Part shown: piece after piece, positions 12,468 to 25,000 of the stretch
Layout of the letters: every line of letters starts with the position of its first letter
How positions within the stretch are numbered: the stretch's first letter is position 1
NCBI GenBank assembly: GCA_051362555.1
Contig: CM120649.1
Span: forward strand, 17,188,567 to 17,252,566
Source of the DNA: Lingula anatina
Lineage: Eukaryota; Animalia; Brachiopoda
Reading direction: 5' to 3'
Length of the DNA: 64,000 bases
The notes under the pieces: generated by a model
Seen by the model: only the letters and a program-made list of their open reading frames with translations
What the model was told of the DNA's origin: nothing
The model's database searches: none
Translations under genes and position numbers: made by a program

Positions 12468-15400
12468 TTTTTATGAACAGACACAGATGTGTCTGTACAT
12501 ATTGCCATCACCTGCGTCTGTCGTCGCCGATGCCGTCGCCGATGCCGATGCCGGCGCCGTGCACTTTCAGCGTTAACACTTTAAGTGGAAGACAGTTTTA
12601 CTTTTTGGCTTTATATTTACAGAGCTGACTAATATTCATAAAACGCAGGTCAAGTTCGAAAATCAGCATGATCGGGCCATTATTGTAGAATTTATGCTGT
12701 TTTTTCACTTTTTAGCATATATGCAACACTGTTAACACATTTCAAGGAAAACCGATAGGCCTGTTGTCATGAAACTCACAGGAGTAATCAATCTTACTAA
12801 AACGCAGATCAAGTTCGAAAATCGGCATGCATGATCGGGCCACTATTTTAGTAGTTATGCTGTTTTTTTTCACTTTTCAGCATATGTGCAACACTGTTAA
12901 CACATTTCAAGGAAAACCGATAGACCTGTTGTCATGAAACTCACAGGAGTAATCAATCTTACTAAAACGTAGGTCAAGTTCGAAAATCAGCATAATCGGG
13001 CCATTATTTTTTAAGTTATGCTGTTTTTTCACATTTCTTCAGATTCAATTCTTAGGCATGTTAACAGTCTCATTATTTAATTAATAAGATATGTAAAAGT
13101 GTTTGTTTGACATTTCCTGCATCTTTACAACATTGTTAGTAGATTATGTAAAAATGATGGTAAACTTGTTATCGTGTATTGTGTAATAAAGTGTCAAAAA
13201 TGGAAATAAACTCATATCATTTCAGTTTGTAAGATTCAATCATTCATTATGTTCAGAAACTCAGAATGGAGGAAATTGGACATTTGACACTGTTCTATTG
13301 ATATTTTTCACATCTCATCAACTTTCTTAGTTGATCATATAAAAATGGCAGTAAACTGTTAATTTTGTTTTATGTTAAAAAATTGTTAAAAATGGAAAAA
13401 AATGCATTTCAGGACAGTACTGTCTTGTCTACATTTTGGCATTTTCAAGGTGTGACTTTGAAGTTCCATGGGCCTGAAGACCTTTGCTAGTCACATTTTC
13501 TGAATATCCATGATACTAATAATTTATTATTAAAAATTGATGGTTATTATCCTGTTAAAAATTATGTAATATTGCATCAAAATTTGAAGAAACCCCTATT
13601 TTGGACACTGCTCCCTTGATGACCATTTAAGGAAAACCATGTCACTTACTGTTCTCAAACTTACAGGAAAGAAACATGGGACTAAAATACAGTTTCATTA
13701 GGCAGTGCAGTCTATTTGGTAAATTTTTCTGGCAGTTAATCAGTTTTTTGTGAAAATTTAATTTTTCACATATTGGCAATTTGAAGGTGTGATTTAGAAC
13801 CACCTTGGGCTTGAAGACCCATGCTAGTCACATTTTCTGAAAATCCACGATACATATATCTTATTATTAAAAACTGATGGTCTTTATGCTGTTAAGCATT
13901 ATGAAATATTGCATCAAAATAGAAGAAAACACAATTTTGGGTATTGCTGCCATGATGACCATCATGGGAAAACCACATTACTTATGATTGTCAAACTTTT
14001 AAAAAAGAAACACAGGACTAAAATGCAGCTCGAGTTGGAAAAGCAGTCTAATTGACTTCTTTTTCTGGAAGTTTTACATTTTCAAAGTGTGAACTTGAAC
14101 TCCCATGGGCCTGAAGCCTTATGCTTGTTACACATTTTACTTACATTGGTATTACCTGTTGACAGGCCTTCCCAACTACCAGACTCGGCACCTACGGGTC
14201 CAGTATAAACCGGTTTATCTGACCACACTACCCGTTTTCAAGGTGTGTGTCAGATCGCATAAAAGAGTATCAGCCACCACACCGATTTTACCTGGTGCGC
14301 GATGTGATTGCGATGATCCTAGTAATAGATAGACCCCGAGTCAGCGAGGGTTATGTGGCATACACGAGTGCGAAGCACGAGTGGATGTCACATAACCCTC
14401 GCTGACGAGGGATCTATCTTATTTAGACCACGGGTCCATTAGTGGGTTATAACGCATTCATGCAAGACGTGCGGTTATGCGAGTTACACCACGTCTGAAT
14501 CTTTTGTTCTTCACTTCCACCGTGGTCTAAAGCGGGGTTGGAAAGTAGTGCATCTCATCTACATTCATGCGCTGCTGCAATTTTCCCTGTTTATGCTAAA
14601 AATCTGACAATACCGCAATTTTTAACATAAAATTTAGGTTCGAACATAGCCAATGATCTGTCGGGGGTTAAATATTTTCTGGACGAGATTCAGTGAGTCG
14701 TCTGTGGCCATGTTGTCACTCGGAACTACACCAATGTCTCCGCACTCGACATTAGTATGGAGCTTGCGGAATGAGCCGAGGATTGCCGATTTCCATGTTG
14801 TTGTATTCATACGACTCCTACTTGACGAAAACGAGGCACGATACCCGGATGACAGGTAGGCTTACAAAATTTGTGATGGGGTATGATACTCTTTTATGCG
14901 ATCTGACACACACCTTGAAAACGGGTAGTGTGGTCAGATAAACCGGTTTATACTGGACCCGTAGGTGCTGAGTCTGGTAGTTGGGAAGGCCTGGTTGAGC
15001 TTAATTAAAATTTGATGTTGAATTTGCAGTTTAACATAATGTACTTTTACATCAGAATTGACAGTAGCCTATTTTGTTATTTCCTGCTTTTTGTCTGTAC
15101 ATTTGACAGCTTTGCTGCCTTGTTCACTTTTCAGCATATATGCAACACTGTTAACACATTTCAAGGAAAACTGATAGACCTGAAACTCACAGGAGTAATC
15201 AATCTTACTAAAACGCAGGTCAAGTTCGAAAATCGGCATGATCGGGACACTATTTTACTAGTTATGCTGTTTTTTACACTTTTCAGCATATATGCAACAC
15301 TGTAAACACAATATAAGAAAAACAGATGGGCCAATTGTCATGAAAGTCACAGGAGTGGTCAATTTTACTAAAATGCAGGTTGAGTTCGTAAATCAGCATA

Positions 15401-16679
15401 ATCGTGCCATTATTTTAGAAGGTATGCTGTTTTTTCACATTTCCTCAGATTCAATTTTTAGGCATGTTAACAGTCTCATTATTAAACTAATAAGATACGT
15501 GAAAGTGTTTGTTTGATATTTCCTGCATCTTTACAACATTGTTAGTTGATTTTGTAAAAATGATGGTAAACATGTTATCATGTATTGTGTAATAAAGTTT
15601 CAAAAATGGAAATAAATTCATATCATTGCAGTTTGTCAGATTCAATCATTCACTATGTTCAGAATCTCAGAATGGAAGAAATTGGACATTTAACACTGCT
15701 CTATTGATATTTTTCTCATCTCATCAACTTTCTTAGTTGATCATATAAAAATGGCAGTAAACTGTTAATTTTGTTTTGTGTTAAAAATTGTTATAAATGG
15801 GGGAAAAAACATTTCAGAACAGTGCTGTCTTGTTTCACATTTTGGCATTTTCAAGTTGTGACTTTGAAGTTCCATGGGCCTGAAGACCTTTGCTAGTCAC
15901 ATTTTCTGAATATCCATGATACTAATATTTTATTATTAAAAATTGATGGTCATTATGCTGTTAAACATTATGTAATATTGCATCAAAATTTGAAAAAAAA
16001 CTATTTTGGGCACTGCTCTCATGATTACCTTTTAAGAAAAACCATGTCACTTACTGTTCTCAAACTTACAGGAAAGAAACATGGGACTAAAATACAGCTT
16101 CAGTATAGGCAATGCAATCTGCAAGTTAAACAGTTTTTTTGTGAAAATTTAATTTTTCACATATTGGCATTTTCAAGGTGTGACTTTGAAGTTCCACAGA
16201 CTTGAAGACCCAGGCTAGTCACATTTTCTGAAAATCCATGATACATATATTTTGTTATTAAAAATTGATTGTCATTATGCAGTTAACCATTATGTAATAT
16301 TGCATCAGAATAGAAGAAAACACAATTTTGGGTGCTGCTGCCATGATGACCATTATGGGAAAACCATGTTACTAATGATTGCCAAACTTTCAAAAAAGAA
16401 ATACAGGACTAAAATGCAGCTCGAGTTGGAAAAGCAGTCTAATTGACTTCTTTTTCTGGAAGTTTCACATTTTCAAAGTGTGAACTTGAACTCCCATGGG
16501 CCTGAAGCCTTATACTTGTTTCACATTTTACTTACAGTGGTATTACCTGTTGAGCATAATTAAAATTTGATGTTGAATTTGCAGTTTAACATAATGTACT
16601 TTTGCATCAGAATTGACAGTAGCCTATTTTGTTATTTCCTGCTTTTTGTCTGTACATTTGACAGCTTTGCTGCCTTGTT
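12468..16679 (+). mobile_element. Large HINE/Helentron-like non-autonomous element with internal tandem repeats
   Basis: 5' palindrome atg(t/a)acagacacagatgtgtctgtacat, (GTC/GCC)n, ~160-bp tandem units, and a 3' end tgtctgtacatttgacagctttgctgccttgt present twice (~15120 and ~16679). Inserted in a T-run with no TSD relative to paralogous flanks. Confidence 0.75.
14163..14993. mobile_element. Non-autonomous DNA transposon with 110-bp TIRs and 5-bp TSD (GTTGA)
   Basis: 14163-14272 is the reverse complement of 14884-14993 with one mismatch. CAG...CTG ends. Empty site at ~16545. Confidence 0.9.
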
Positions 16680-17357
16680 TTTATTGTTTTCAGGGTCTGA
16701 AGAGAAAAGATAAGTAGTTATGTAGAATAATTATGTATCTAAATAACAATTAAGGATGTTTTAAAGCGCGACCGAAACAAGACAGTTAATTAAACCAATC
16801 GTAGCAGTTTGCTTAGTGTTAGAGGTCAGTTTTATTTTTATTTTTAGAAAACAGTTCTTTCAATCGAAATGCGTATGCCAACGCTTTCTTTGAATTTGTA
16901 TAATTATAATAAAACCAAAAGGAAATAATTTCTGCTCTTCTGAGTGTAGGCTACTAGAGGTAACCAAACTTTTGTCACGGCTTTTAATTTTAATTGAAAT
17001 CGTCGTGCAAACAAGAAAGGGCATAAATAAATAAATAAATTGTACCTGGTTAAAGATAAACTTATGACAAGAACAGACTTTTCCTTTAAAAAAATTATCT
17101 CAGCATTCAAAATATTCAAAATATTCAAAATCAGTTCACTTGGCTGCGTACTGTGCTTTTTTGAGAACATAACTCAAGGTAAATTTTCTTTAATATTCTC
17201 ACATTGAAGTCTAATTTAACTCACGAATCGAGCTTTATACTTAAAGCGATGAAACAGGGAGCGCAAAATACTCTACGAAACGGATATTTAGTGTGTATTT
17301 GATGTTTTCCTCCTCAATGCACAATGATTACGTGGCTTTTTATATATTCAATATATT

Positions 17358-17524
17358 CAGGGGCGGATTCAGAGATATTTTCTGACAGTCTTCCAAATTA
17401 TCTTTGGTGATCCATTCTTCGTTTTTGACCGTCTTCCGACAATAAAATTAGATACCCGTCAATGTTAACATGAAAATTTGACCGTCTTCCGGAAGACCCA
17501 GAAGACGGCCTAAATCCGCCCCTG
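17358..17524. mobile_element. MITE with CAGGGGCGGATT TIRs (relatives at ~2578-2840, 6367-6642, 8785-8919, 32920-33078, 35148-35316)
   Basis: Inverted ends caggggcggatt/aatccgcccctg flanked by an ATATT duplication. Confidence 0.75.
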
Positions 17525-18420
17525 ATATTGAGTCAAAAATGTCCTTATCTGAGAACTGATTCCTAACGAAATTCACCTACATCTCTCCTCATTAGCCCCC
17601 CCCCCTCCCCCATACACCCCTGTGAAGAGCAAATTTTTAGGATAATCAAATCCAGATGGCGAAATACTACACACTATTTAGATTTCTCTTTGTCATTTGA
17701 AATCTGAAATTTGAAATCATTAATTAAAAACTGCTGTACACTTGCCACCTTTGATGAGCTATGTAAACTCCTTGATTTCTTTATTCAGTTTATGTAAGAG
17801 AGATTCCTTTTAGTTTCGCAGTTGCAGAATCTTAGAAACCCCGAGAACTTTCACGACAAAAAGGCAGGTTGTTCAAACCCGCCCTGGCAACGGAAACACT
17901 AAAAAGGTTTTATTTCATTAAAACAACTAAAAAATACAGCCTGAGCATGACTCTCTTGTCTCGGAACGCTCAAATGACCCGCATCATTCTTTGTGACTAC
18001 CTTAAGGTTAGGGTGAAATCTCAGCTGTTGACTTGAATGTTATATAGATTTGCAGGTCTAAATAAAATTTGAACTAAAATGTTGTTATTTGATGACGATG
18101 TGAACTTAGCTTGGCAAAATTCTTTTAGTCTCACTGATCGGTAAACCTTGTATAAATTTATCGTGAGCACCCGCAGAACTGTGGAAGTGTGTTTTTTGTA
18201 AATAGTCTGGAAATGAAATTTATACTTTGCCTGTCGAAATTTAATCAAGCTCCCTTTCCTTGCTGTGTACTTCTCAAGTTATTGACATAAAGACTATACA
18301 TTCTATTGAAATTACACAGCTAGTGAGCCTTTTCAGCAATATCGTTTGTGACCTGAATTTGCATTGACTTGAGGTCTAACAAATAACTTCCTCCGGAAGA
18401 GGTGATTCAACAGGTAGGCT

Positions 18421-18426
18421 TATAAA
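18421..18426 (+). promoter_or_regulatory. Putative TATA box of subtilase copy 4 (also at 10627 for copy 3)
   Basis: TATAAA lies 95 bp upstream of the ATG in copies 3 and 4 and is degenerate at the equivalent position in copies 1 and 2. Confidence 0.5.
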
Positions 18427-18515
18427 TTCCACTTAATCTGCAAAGCGAAAGTAGTACTTGGAACAGTCGAGGCGTGGTGTCCTTTAAGTTAATACTTGCA
18501 ACTTTAGGCACCAAT

Positions 18516-19916
18516 ATGGCCGCCTTTACGTTCATCTATTTTATGATCCTCGGTGTGCCTTTTGTTTGTGGACAGCCTGCCGTGAATCAAACAGGAATAG
18601 AGGACAACGAATATATCGTCGAACTCAAACCATGGGTTGCAGAGTCTGACCCTGATGCCGCCATCTTAACTCTGATCAACTTTGCGTTGTCCCAAGATCC
18701 AAGTGCGATCATCTTCCATAATTACACAATCTTCGACTTCGTGGGCGTGGCCCTCAACACGACCCAGAGTGCGATTTCGGCCATCCGGGCACATAGTTCA
18801 GTTCAAGACGTTTGGCCTAACCGTTATATATTGGATGATGCGACCAATTTGGGAGTAATAAAACAGCGCGTTGACAACAACGCTCAGGGGGACATTTGGG
18901 GCCTGGCAAGGATATCTCAGAGACAAAAACTGAATATAGCTGAAGAAATGTTCTATGAATACGACAATATCGCAGGCAGTGAGGTTTACGCATATGTTAT
19001 CGACAGTGTAGTTGACGTTAGACACCCAGACTTTGAGGACCGTGCTCGATTTGGTTACAATGCAGTTGATGAAACTACGAACTTCCCCGTAAATCTTTTA
19101 CAAGACCCTGAGCAAACACACGGGACACACGTAGCAGGAACGATTGGCGGGAAAACGTATGGCGTGGCTAAAAATGCAACCATAGTGTCTGTCAAAGCCG
19201 ACACAAAAGTATGGAATCCTTGGAGAGGAGAACATGAATTTCGTTTCCAGTCCGACGACCTTATTGAAGCATTGGAATGGATAGAAGAGGATCATAGCCA
19301 GAGAAAAGCAAAGGACAGCAAAGCTAAATCGGTCATCAACATGTCTCTGGGGGGATTTACCCCTAGTAGACAGCCAACAGTTGTAGAAAGAACTATAATA
19401 AGACTTATTAAAATGGCGGGGATTCCAATTGTTGTTGCAGCAGGTAATGACGCTTACATTGCTTGCATGGTTACCCCAGCGCGTGTTCTTGACGCCATAA
19501 CTGTCGGATGCTCGGACTATAACGATCGACTGTGTACATTTTCCAATTACGGCAACTGTGTGGATATCATAGCACCAGGTTACCAGATTCTGTCCACGCT
19601 GCCCAACAACGGAGCCGGGAAAAAGGACGGTACGTCCATGAGCGCCCCACACGTCAGCGGCGTCGTCGCGCGCTTCCTAGCTCTCCACGACACGCCCCCG
19701 ACTCCAGAAAAGATCAAACAATGGCTCACAGAGAAATCGACCAAGGATGCCGTCACGATCCGTCCCACGGCCGTCGGTACTCCAAATCGTCTGCTCTTCA
19801 TGTCGCCGAATCAGACGTTAATTAACGGGCATTCCACCTCGGCTTCGAGTCAGATCCAAGGGATTTCTGCCTTTACCCTTATTCTGATCATTGCTGGCTC
19901 GGCTTCCTGCAGATAA
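18516..19916 (+). CDS. Intronless S8A proteinase-K/aqualysin-like serine protease, copy 4 (466 aa)
   Basis: Same motifs as copy 2. ATG at 18516 (the ORF-track start is an upstream GTG). TATAAA at 18421. Confidence 0.93.
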   Translation: MAAFTFIYFMILGVPFVCGQPAVNQTGIEDNEYIVELKPWVAESDPDAAILTLINFALSQDPSAIIFHNYTIFDFVGVALNTTQSAISAIRAHSSVQDVWPNRYILDDATNLGVIKQRVDNNAQGDIWGLARISQRQKLNIAEEMFYEYDNIAGSEVYAYVIDSVVDVRHPDFEDRARFGYNAVDETTNFPVNLLQDPEQTHGTHVAGTIGGKTYGVAKNATIVSVKADTKVWNPWRGEHEFRFQSDDLIEALEWIEEDHSQRKAKDSKAKSVINMSLGGFTPSRQPTVVERTIIRLIKMAGIPIVVAAGNDAYIACMVTPARVLDAITVGCSDYNDRLCTFSNYGNCVDIIAPGYQILSTLPNNGAGKKDGTSMSAPHVSGVVARFLALHDTPPTPEKIKQWLTEKSTKDAVTIRPTAVGTPNRLLFMSPNQTLINGHSTSASSQIQGISAFTLILIIAGSASCR

Positions 19917-21664
19917 AACATTCAGTGACTGCACTGTTTCAAAAGAAGCAGAGAACTAAAATACATGCATGTTATTTTATATTTTAGAAAAGTTGTTGAT
20001 GTTCCTCATTATTTTTATTATTTTCGGCAATTATAAAAACCTGCCAAGGTATCCTGTAGGCGATATTCGCCAAAGACCTAAGTTTTCTTGAGTAGAGGAA
20101 CATATTCCTGCTTGTCACGAATCATTGCTTGACTCGTTGAATATTGAACTTGTATGTGCCATCTCTTATAAAGTAGCTTAGTTCTGGACTAATCGTGTCT
20201 CATTTAGATCGCTATTATGTCTTTCTGATATTTCAGAAGAAATATTCACCAGATAGGTCTACTTAAATTTGAGGGGTTTATTGTTTTCAGGGTCTGACGT
20301 GGAAAAATAAGTTGTTTTGAAGAATATTTACACACCAAAATAACATTTTAGAATATACCTTTAACCATGGACTATTTCGGTCCAAGCTTTAACGAATGAA
20401 ACAGAATAAACAATCAAAGTTATTCATAGCAAGTGCAAGGGGTTAGTTTCATGTTGATTTTAAAAACAATCTTTTCAAAGTTGAAAAACGCTGAACATCG
20501 TTGCGTATCCGGGGTCTAGCATGTCTGGCGTGAATATTTTGTCTTAAAAAAACATCCAGTTGGTCTTATTCACGACAAACCCAATTTCTATTATTCATTT
20601 TCTAAGCAATTTTTACACTTGGTCTGATGCTTTACCTTATAAACTATGTTCGATTTTTTAAATTTTTTTTGAAAGCTGTATCAGTAAACTATTTGCAGCG
20701 GAGCCTACTTTTCCATACTACTTCTGACTCGATGTACAAATACTAAACGAGTGTGAGCTGAGGAGGATTGACCCTCATTTTTAATTCTGCTATGTATATC
20801 TAATTGTACAACTGTACTGGTATGCTTACTTTGATGTGTTATTATAATAAAACCAAAAGGATATTCATTCTGTTCTTCTGGTTTTTGAATTTATCTGGAG
20901 TAAACAAAATATTTGTCACAGCTTTTGATTTTTATCTGTTGATGAAACACAAAAATGCCTGTCCGTTATCCTACTGAAATTGCGCCGAGCAATATAAAAT
21001 AAAATGAAGTAAATAAATAAAATTTCATCTGGCTAACTTATAGCAAGAACGGAAGACTTTGCCTTGTTTAAGTTTTAACAATTATTAAAATCTTAAAACA
21101 AAATATCCAGATTCAATTCACTTGGTTCCACACTGTGCTTTAGTGTGAGCATTGCTCCAATTTGTTTTACTAATTATTCTAACATTGAAGTCAAATATAA
21201 CTCAAGAATCAAGTTTTATTCTAAAATAAACAGGGAGATCAAAATACTGTCCATTTTGCCTTTTTAGACCCGTTTCCTAATGAAATTCACCGACGTCTCT
21301 GCTCATTGAGCGTCTACCCCCCCTCCCCCTAGGGTGAAGAGCATATTTCAGGTAGGTAAAGCCAGATGAAGACAACCCACACACTATTTAAATATTTCTT
21401 TTCCGTTTGTTTTTATTGTAAATAACTCATATCCTAGTATATAGCAAGACTTTGAAACCGTTCACTCGGCAGCACGCTGACCACAAGTACACTGCAGATC
21501 AGCAATGCGTTACATGTGCAACTTTGAACACATTCACAACAGTCAACCAAGCCAAATGGCTAATGATTAATGTGCTCATTAATTTCCTCATCAGTATTAT
21601 ACTTCCGGTTGCCGTATTATAAAAATCTGCGGTATTAAATTCTAAATAGTACATTAAAAATCTG

Positions 21665-24600
21665 CTATACACTTGTCACTTTTGATGGGCTATGTGGACT
21701 TCTCGATTTTCTGTTCAGTTTCTGTAAAAGAGATTCCTTTTCGTTTTGAAGTTGTATAATCTTAGTTTTATTTCTTTCCAGCTGAGCTTCCAGAGTTTGT
21801 ATCAGAGGTCCGGACATGACGTCCATGATTCGGCATAGTGACTTGGTGTACACTGGAAGGCAGAGGCAAAAATATTACACTAAGAACACTTATATATCAA
21901 AAAAGAAAATTCTGCTTCATTTCTGCTAAGCTTTATACAATAGACATAGGTTAATATTAGGCTTGCACATAAAGTTGAAAATCCCCATATTATCCACACA
22001 AAAACAGACAACTGTACACAAAAATCCAAAATAATAAACCTCGTGAAAAATATCTAAAAAGATCTCAATTTTACCATTCTATTCAAAAGATCACTGAAAA
22101 GAACATTTGTATCCCTTTTCCCAAATAAATTTAAATAAACCTGGGATGAATTTTTTGTCGTTCATGCACTTCCAACTTTTCGGGAGCCAAAAAAGTCATT
22201 CGCCTAGGCAGCCCCCATTAACACCATGCCATATTTTCTGACTTTTATGAAATGGTGGTCTCATCCCTGATAAACAAAAATAAATAAATAAATAAATAAA
22301 TAAATGAAACCCCTGCACCTTACCAGCACTGTTGTGTATTTTGGTGAGCAGGTCTAAGTTGTCTATAGTCAAAGTCTTTCCATACGACTCTTCCTCCTCT
22401 TGACTCAGTATATGGGGTAGTTCTACCAGTGACTGTAAACATGCCTTACCCAGAGTACGGGTCTGCACCACATGGACAGGGATTTCTAATTTTAAATACC
22501 TGGTATAATAATAATAATAATAATAGTAGCAGTAGCAGTAGTAGTAGCAATAATAATAATAATAATAACAAGGATCAGCTTCAAATCCAACAACTATTGA
22601 CTGTAAAAGATACATATGAGATGTCACCAATGAATGTAATTTCTTATTGTCATCACTACTACAGCAACCAGATTTTATTAAAGCTATTACTAAGAGTTGG
22701 CATAACAATTAGCTATATTGCAATTCTTCACTTATGTACAATAATTATTCAATTTAAAAAATTTAAACGTCACTCTACAGGTTTTACAGGTTTTGTATGA
22801 CACAAATACTGAGATAAACAGATGACAGGCAGACAGACAGACAGACAGACAGACAGTTAAACACAGATGCACCCAGCACTTACTGGGGTGCCTCTCCTTC
22901 AGGGCTTTGGTTTATAGACTGAAAGCAGCATAACTGCACACGATTGGACTGCAAAAGTCAAAATTATAAATAAACAAATATGAATAAATACATATAAATA
23001 TAGAATGACAAAAAAAGGAACATTACCATTTAACTGAATTTTTCAAAAATGCACAACTTTATCATTATACAATTATTAAACAAATTTCCTTGTCAAAACT
23101 CAATAAGCCTTGCAACCAAAATGAATCTAATTGTTATACTGGCAACATATCAATCTTCAGTTCACCTTTGTATTCTTTTCCTCATTGAATACTGAAAATA
23201 TAAGCCCAATGAAGCCCTCATCAAGCATTTGGTACATGGCCTGTGTTCGGACGTCTGAAAAGAGCAGGACTTTTTCAACTGTAGCAGTTCATTTATAACT
23301 ATATCATGTGTGTGTGTGTTGTGTGTGTGTGTGTGTGTGTGTGCACATACTTGTGCATATTTTTGCATGTGCATATGAAGGTAAGAATTATAATTACCAA
23401 CACTGACCCATCAGAAGTACTAGTATGTTCCAAAGCCAATTCACAACTCCCCCCCCCTCCCCCCACACACACACACACACACTCTCCAGTGTACAACTTC
23501 CTCCTTACCCACATGTGACGGCCACACAGTGATGTGAGGATGAGAGTGATACCAGCCAAGAACCCTGATAGGTCTCTGCAGTTCATGAGCAAGTCTGTAG
23601 TAACAGTTAAGAATAAATATGTACAGCATATATTGTATAACACTGATAAAAACACATCCATATGTGCAAGTTTAAAGTCTATATGAGAAGATTCAGAATG
23701 AATGGGAGGAAAACTGTGCTGCAAGCAAGTAGCAAAGGTAAGCATTTTACATGTGTTTGAACTGCCTTTACCCGTACCTGGCTTGTTTCTGGGATTAAAA
23801 TTGCTACAAGTCATCGTTTTTAGCCTAATCAAAAAACATGAACTATATAAATGACAACTTCAACTGCAAGCTATCAGAACTTCTTAAATCCAGCATTCCT
23901 TTTAAATAAACTGGGGGGACCCTAGAATGCCATATTCTGTCTGTTTCATAGTACCTTATAGTTATAATATATAAACATGACAAGTCAAACATATCTCTGT
24001 AAGGATATTTCTGCCTGTGTGGAAGCATCGGACAGTTGTTCTGGGGAAATCTCCACCCTGTCTGGCTGCTTGTCTGATCTTCTCAGTACCATGACGGCTG
24101 ATATGTGACTGACTCTCTTCTCATCTATCTAGTGGATGGATGAATCAGAGCAAGAATAAAATCAACTTTGACTGAGGGGATATGAGAAACTACTGGCATT
24201 TAATGATAAAGGCATGGACAAATATATACATGTAGAGTACACAAAATACGTTCAGAGATTGCCGAAAACTGATTACTATCACCAGCATGCCTCTGGCATT
24301 TCTAAAAATGGGGAGCACATGTTGAAAGCATGCTGAGAGCCCATTTTGCTGTTTAGATAATTAACCTGATGATTACAAAATAAATAAATAAATAAATAAC
24401 CCTGCTTACTTATCACACAGCTATAGAGAGTAGCAAATGCTGAAAAACGGGTAAAATCAAACAAACAAAATAAATGAAAAATAACGATGCGACTTAGTCT
24501 GAGCATAATTTTGAGTTCGACTCGGACTTCAACAATTTTGAGAATCAAAACAATGACATGAAACCTGGAAGGTAAAAGTCGTTCATGAAATGCACTCACC

Positions 24601-24704
24601 TCTCCCATCAGTAACCCCATTACTTCTTCCCTCTCCGTGGACAGAGCATGCGCCAGGCACACCATGAAGGCGTCTGAGTCTAAATGTACGGCAGTAACTG
24701 CCAT
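21665..24704 (-). CDS. BRCC3: Lys-63-specific deubiquitinase BRCC36 (JAMM/MPN+), 7 exons, 276 aa
   Basis: Exons 24704-24600, 24128-24009, 23596-23509, 23254-23166, 22948-22884, 22499-22324 and 21852-21665 join in frame. Motifs HALSTEREEVMGL, DRVEISPEQLS and GWYHSHPHITVWPSHVDVRTQAMYQ. Confidence 0.96.
23597..24008 (-). other. U12-type AT-AC intron (BRCC3 intron 2)
   Basis: 5' splice site ATATCCTT, branch site TTCTTAAC at 23613-23606, AC terminus. Gives an in-frame phase-0 junction TQAE|RLAHE. Confidence 0.92.
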
Positions 24705-25000
24705 TTTCCCACTGCTTTGCGAATAAATGTCACCCAGTGTTGAAACCAACAACTAAACCGGAAGTTCAACCATGACATATGAAGACGATCGCGGAATCGG
24801 ACTCCTATTTCAAAAGAGCTCTAGTCAACAACACCACGCTAAACTCCAAAGTCCGTGCTGTTTGTGCAGAGAATAATTAATGTGTAGGTTACAGCTGTGG
24901 TGTAGGGCGTGCGTAGAACAATAGAGAAATAAGGTATGGGAAGAACTCGTGGTCTCTTTTGCTCTGCATTCATGTTTGATCTCGAATTTTATGGTTATTA
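24705..25000. promoter_or_regulatory. Probable bidirectional promoter for BRCC3 and the DUF229 gene
   Basis: Head-to-head genes, locally CpG-richer sequence and an ETS-type CCGGAAGT at 24758-24765. Confidence 0.5.

Noticed and set aside
12640-13030. CRISPR-like array or coding ORFs in the ~160-bp repeats (also 15012-16446, 33935-34354, 50384-50653)
   Set aside because: There are no unique spacers and no cas genes. These are internal repeats of a HINE-like element and the ORFs are not conserved between copies.
18474-18515. N-terminal extension from an upstream GTG (also 10680)
   Set aside because: The ATG at 18516 directly begins the signal peptide and is the start shared by all four copies.
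19098-19825. Antisense and alternative-frame ORFs over the subtilases
   Set aside because: Shadows of GC-rich coding sequence; their lengths differ between copies.
1527-19916. Bacterial or fungal contamination as the source of the subtilases
   Set aside because: The repeat units include host BRCC3 sequence and animal transposons.
22196-22800. Poly-Tyr and poly-Asn ORFs
   Set aside because: An (AAT)n/(AGT)n microsatellite in a BRCC3 intron read through from exon 6.
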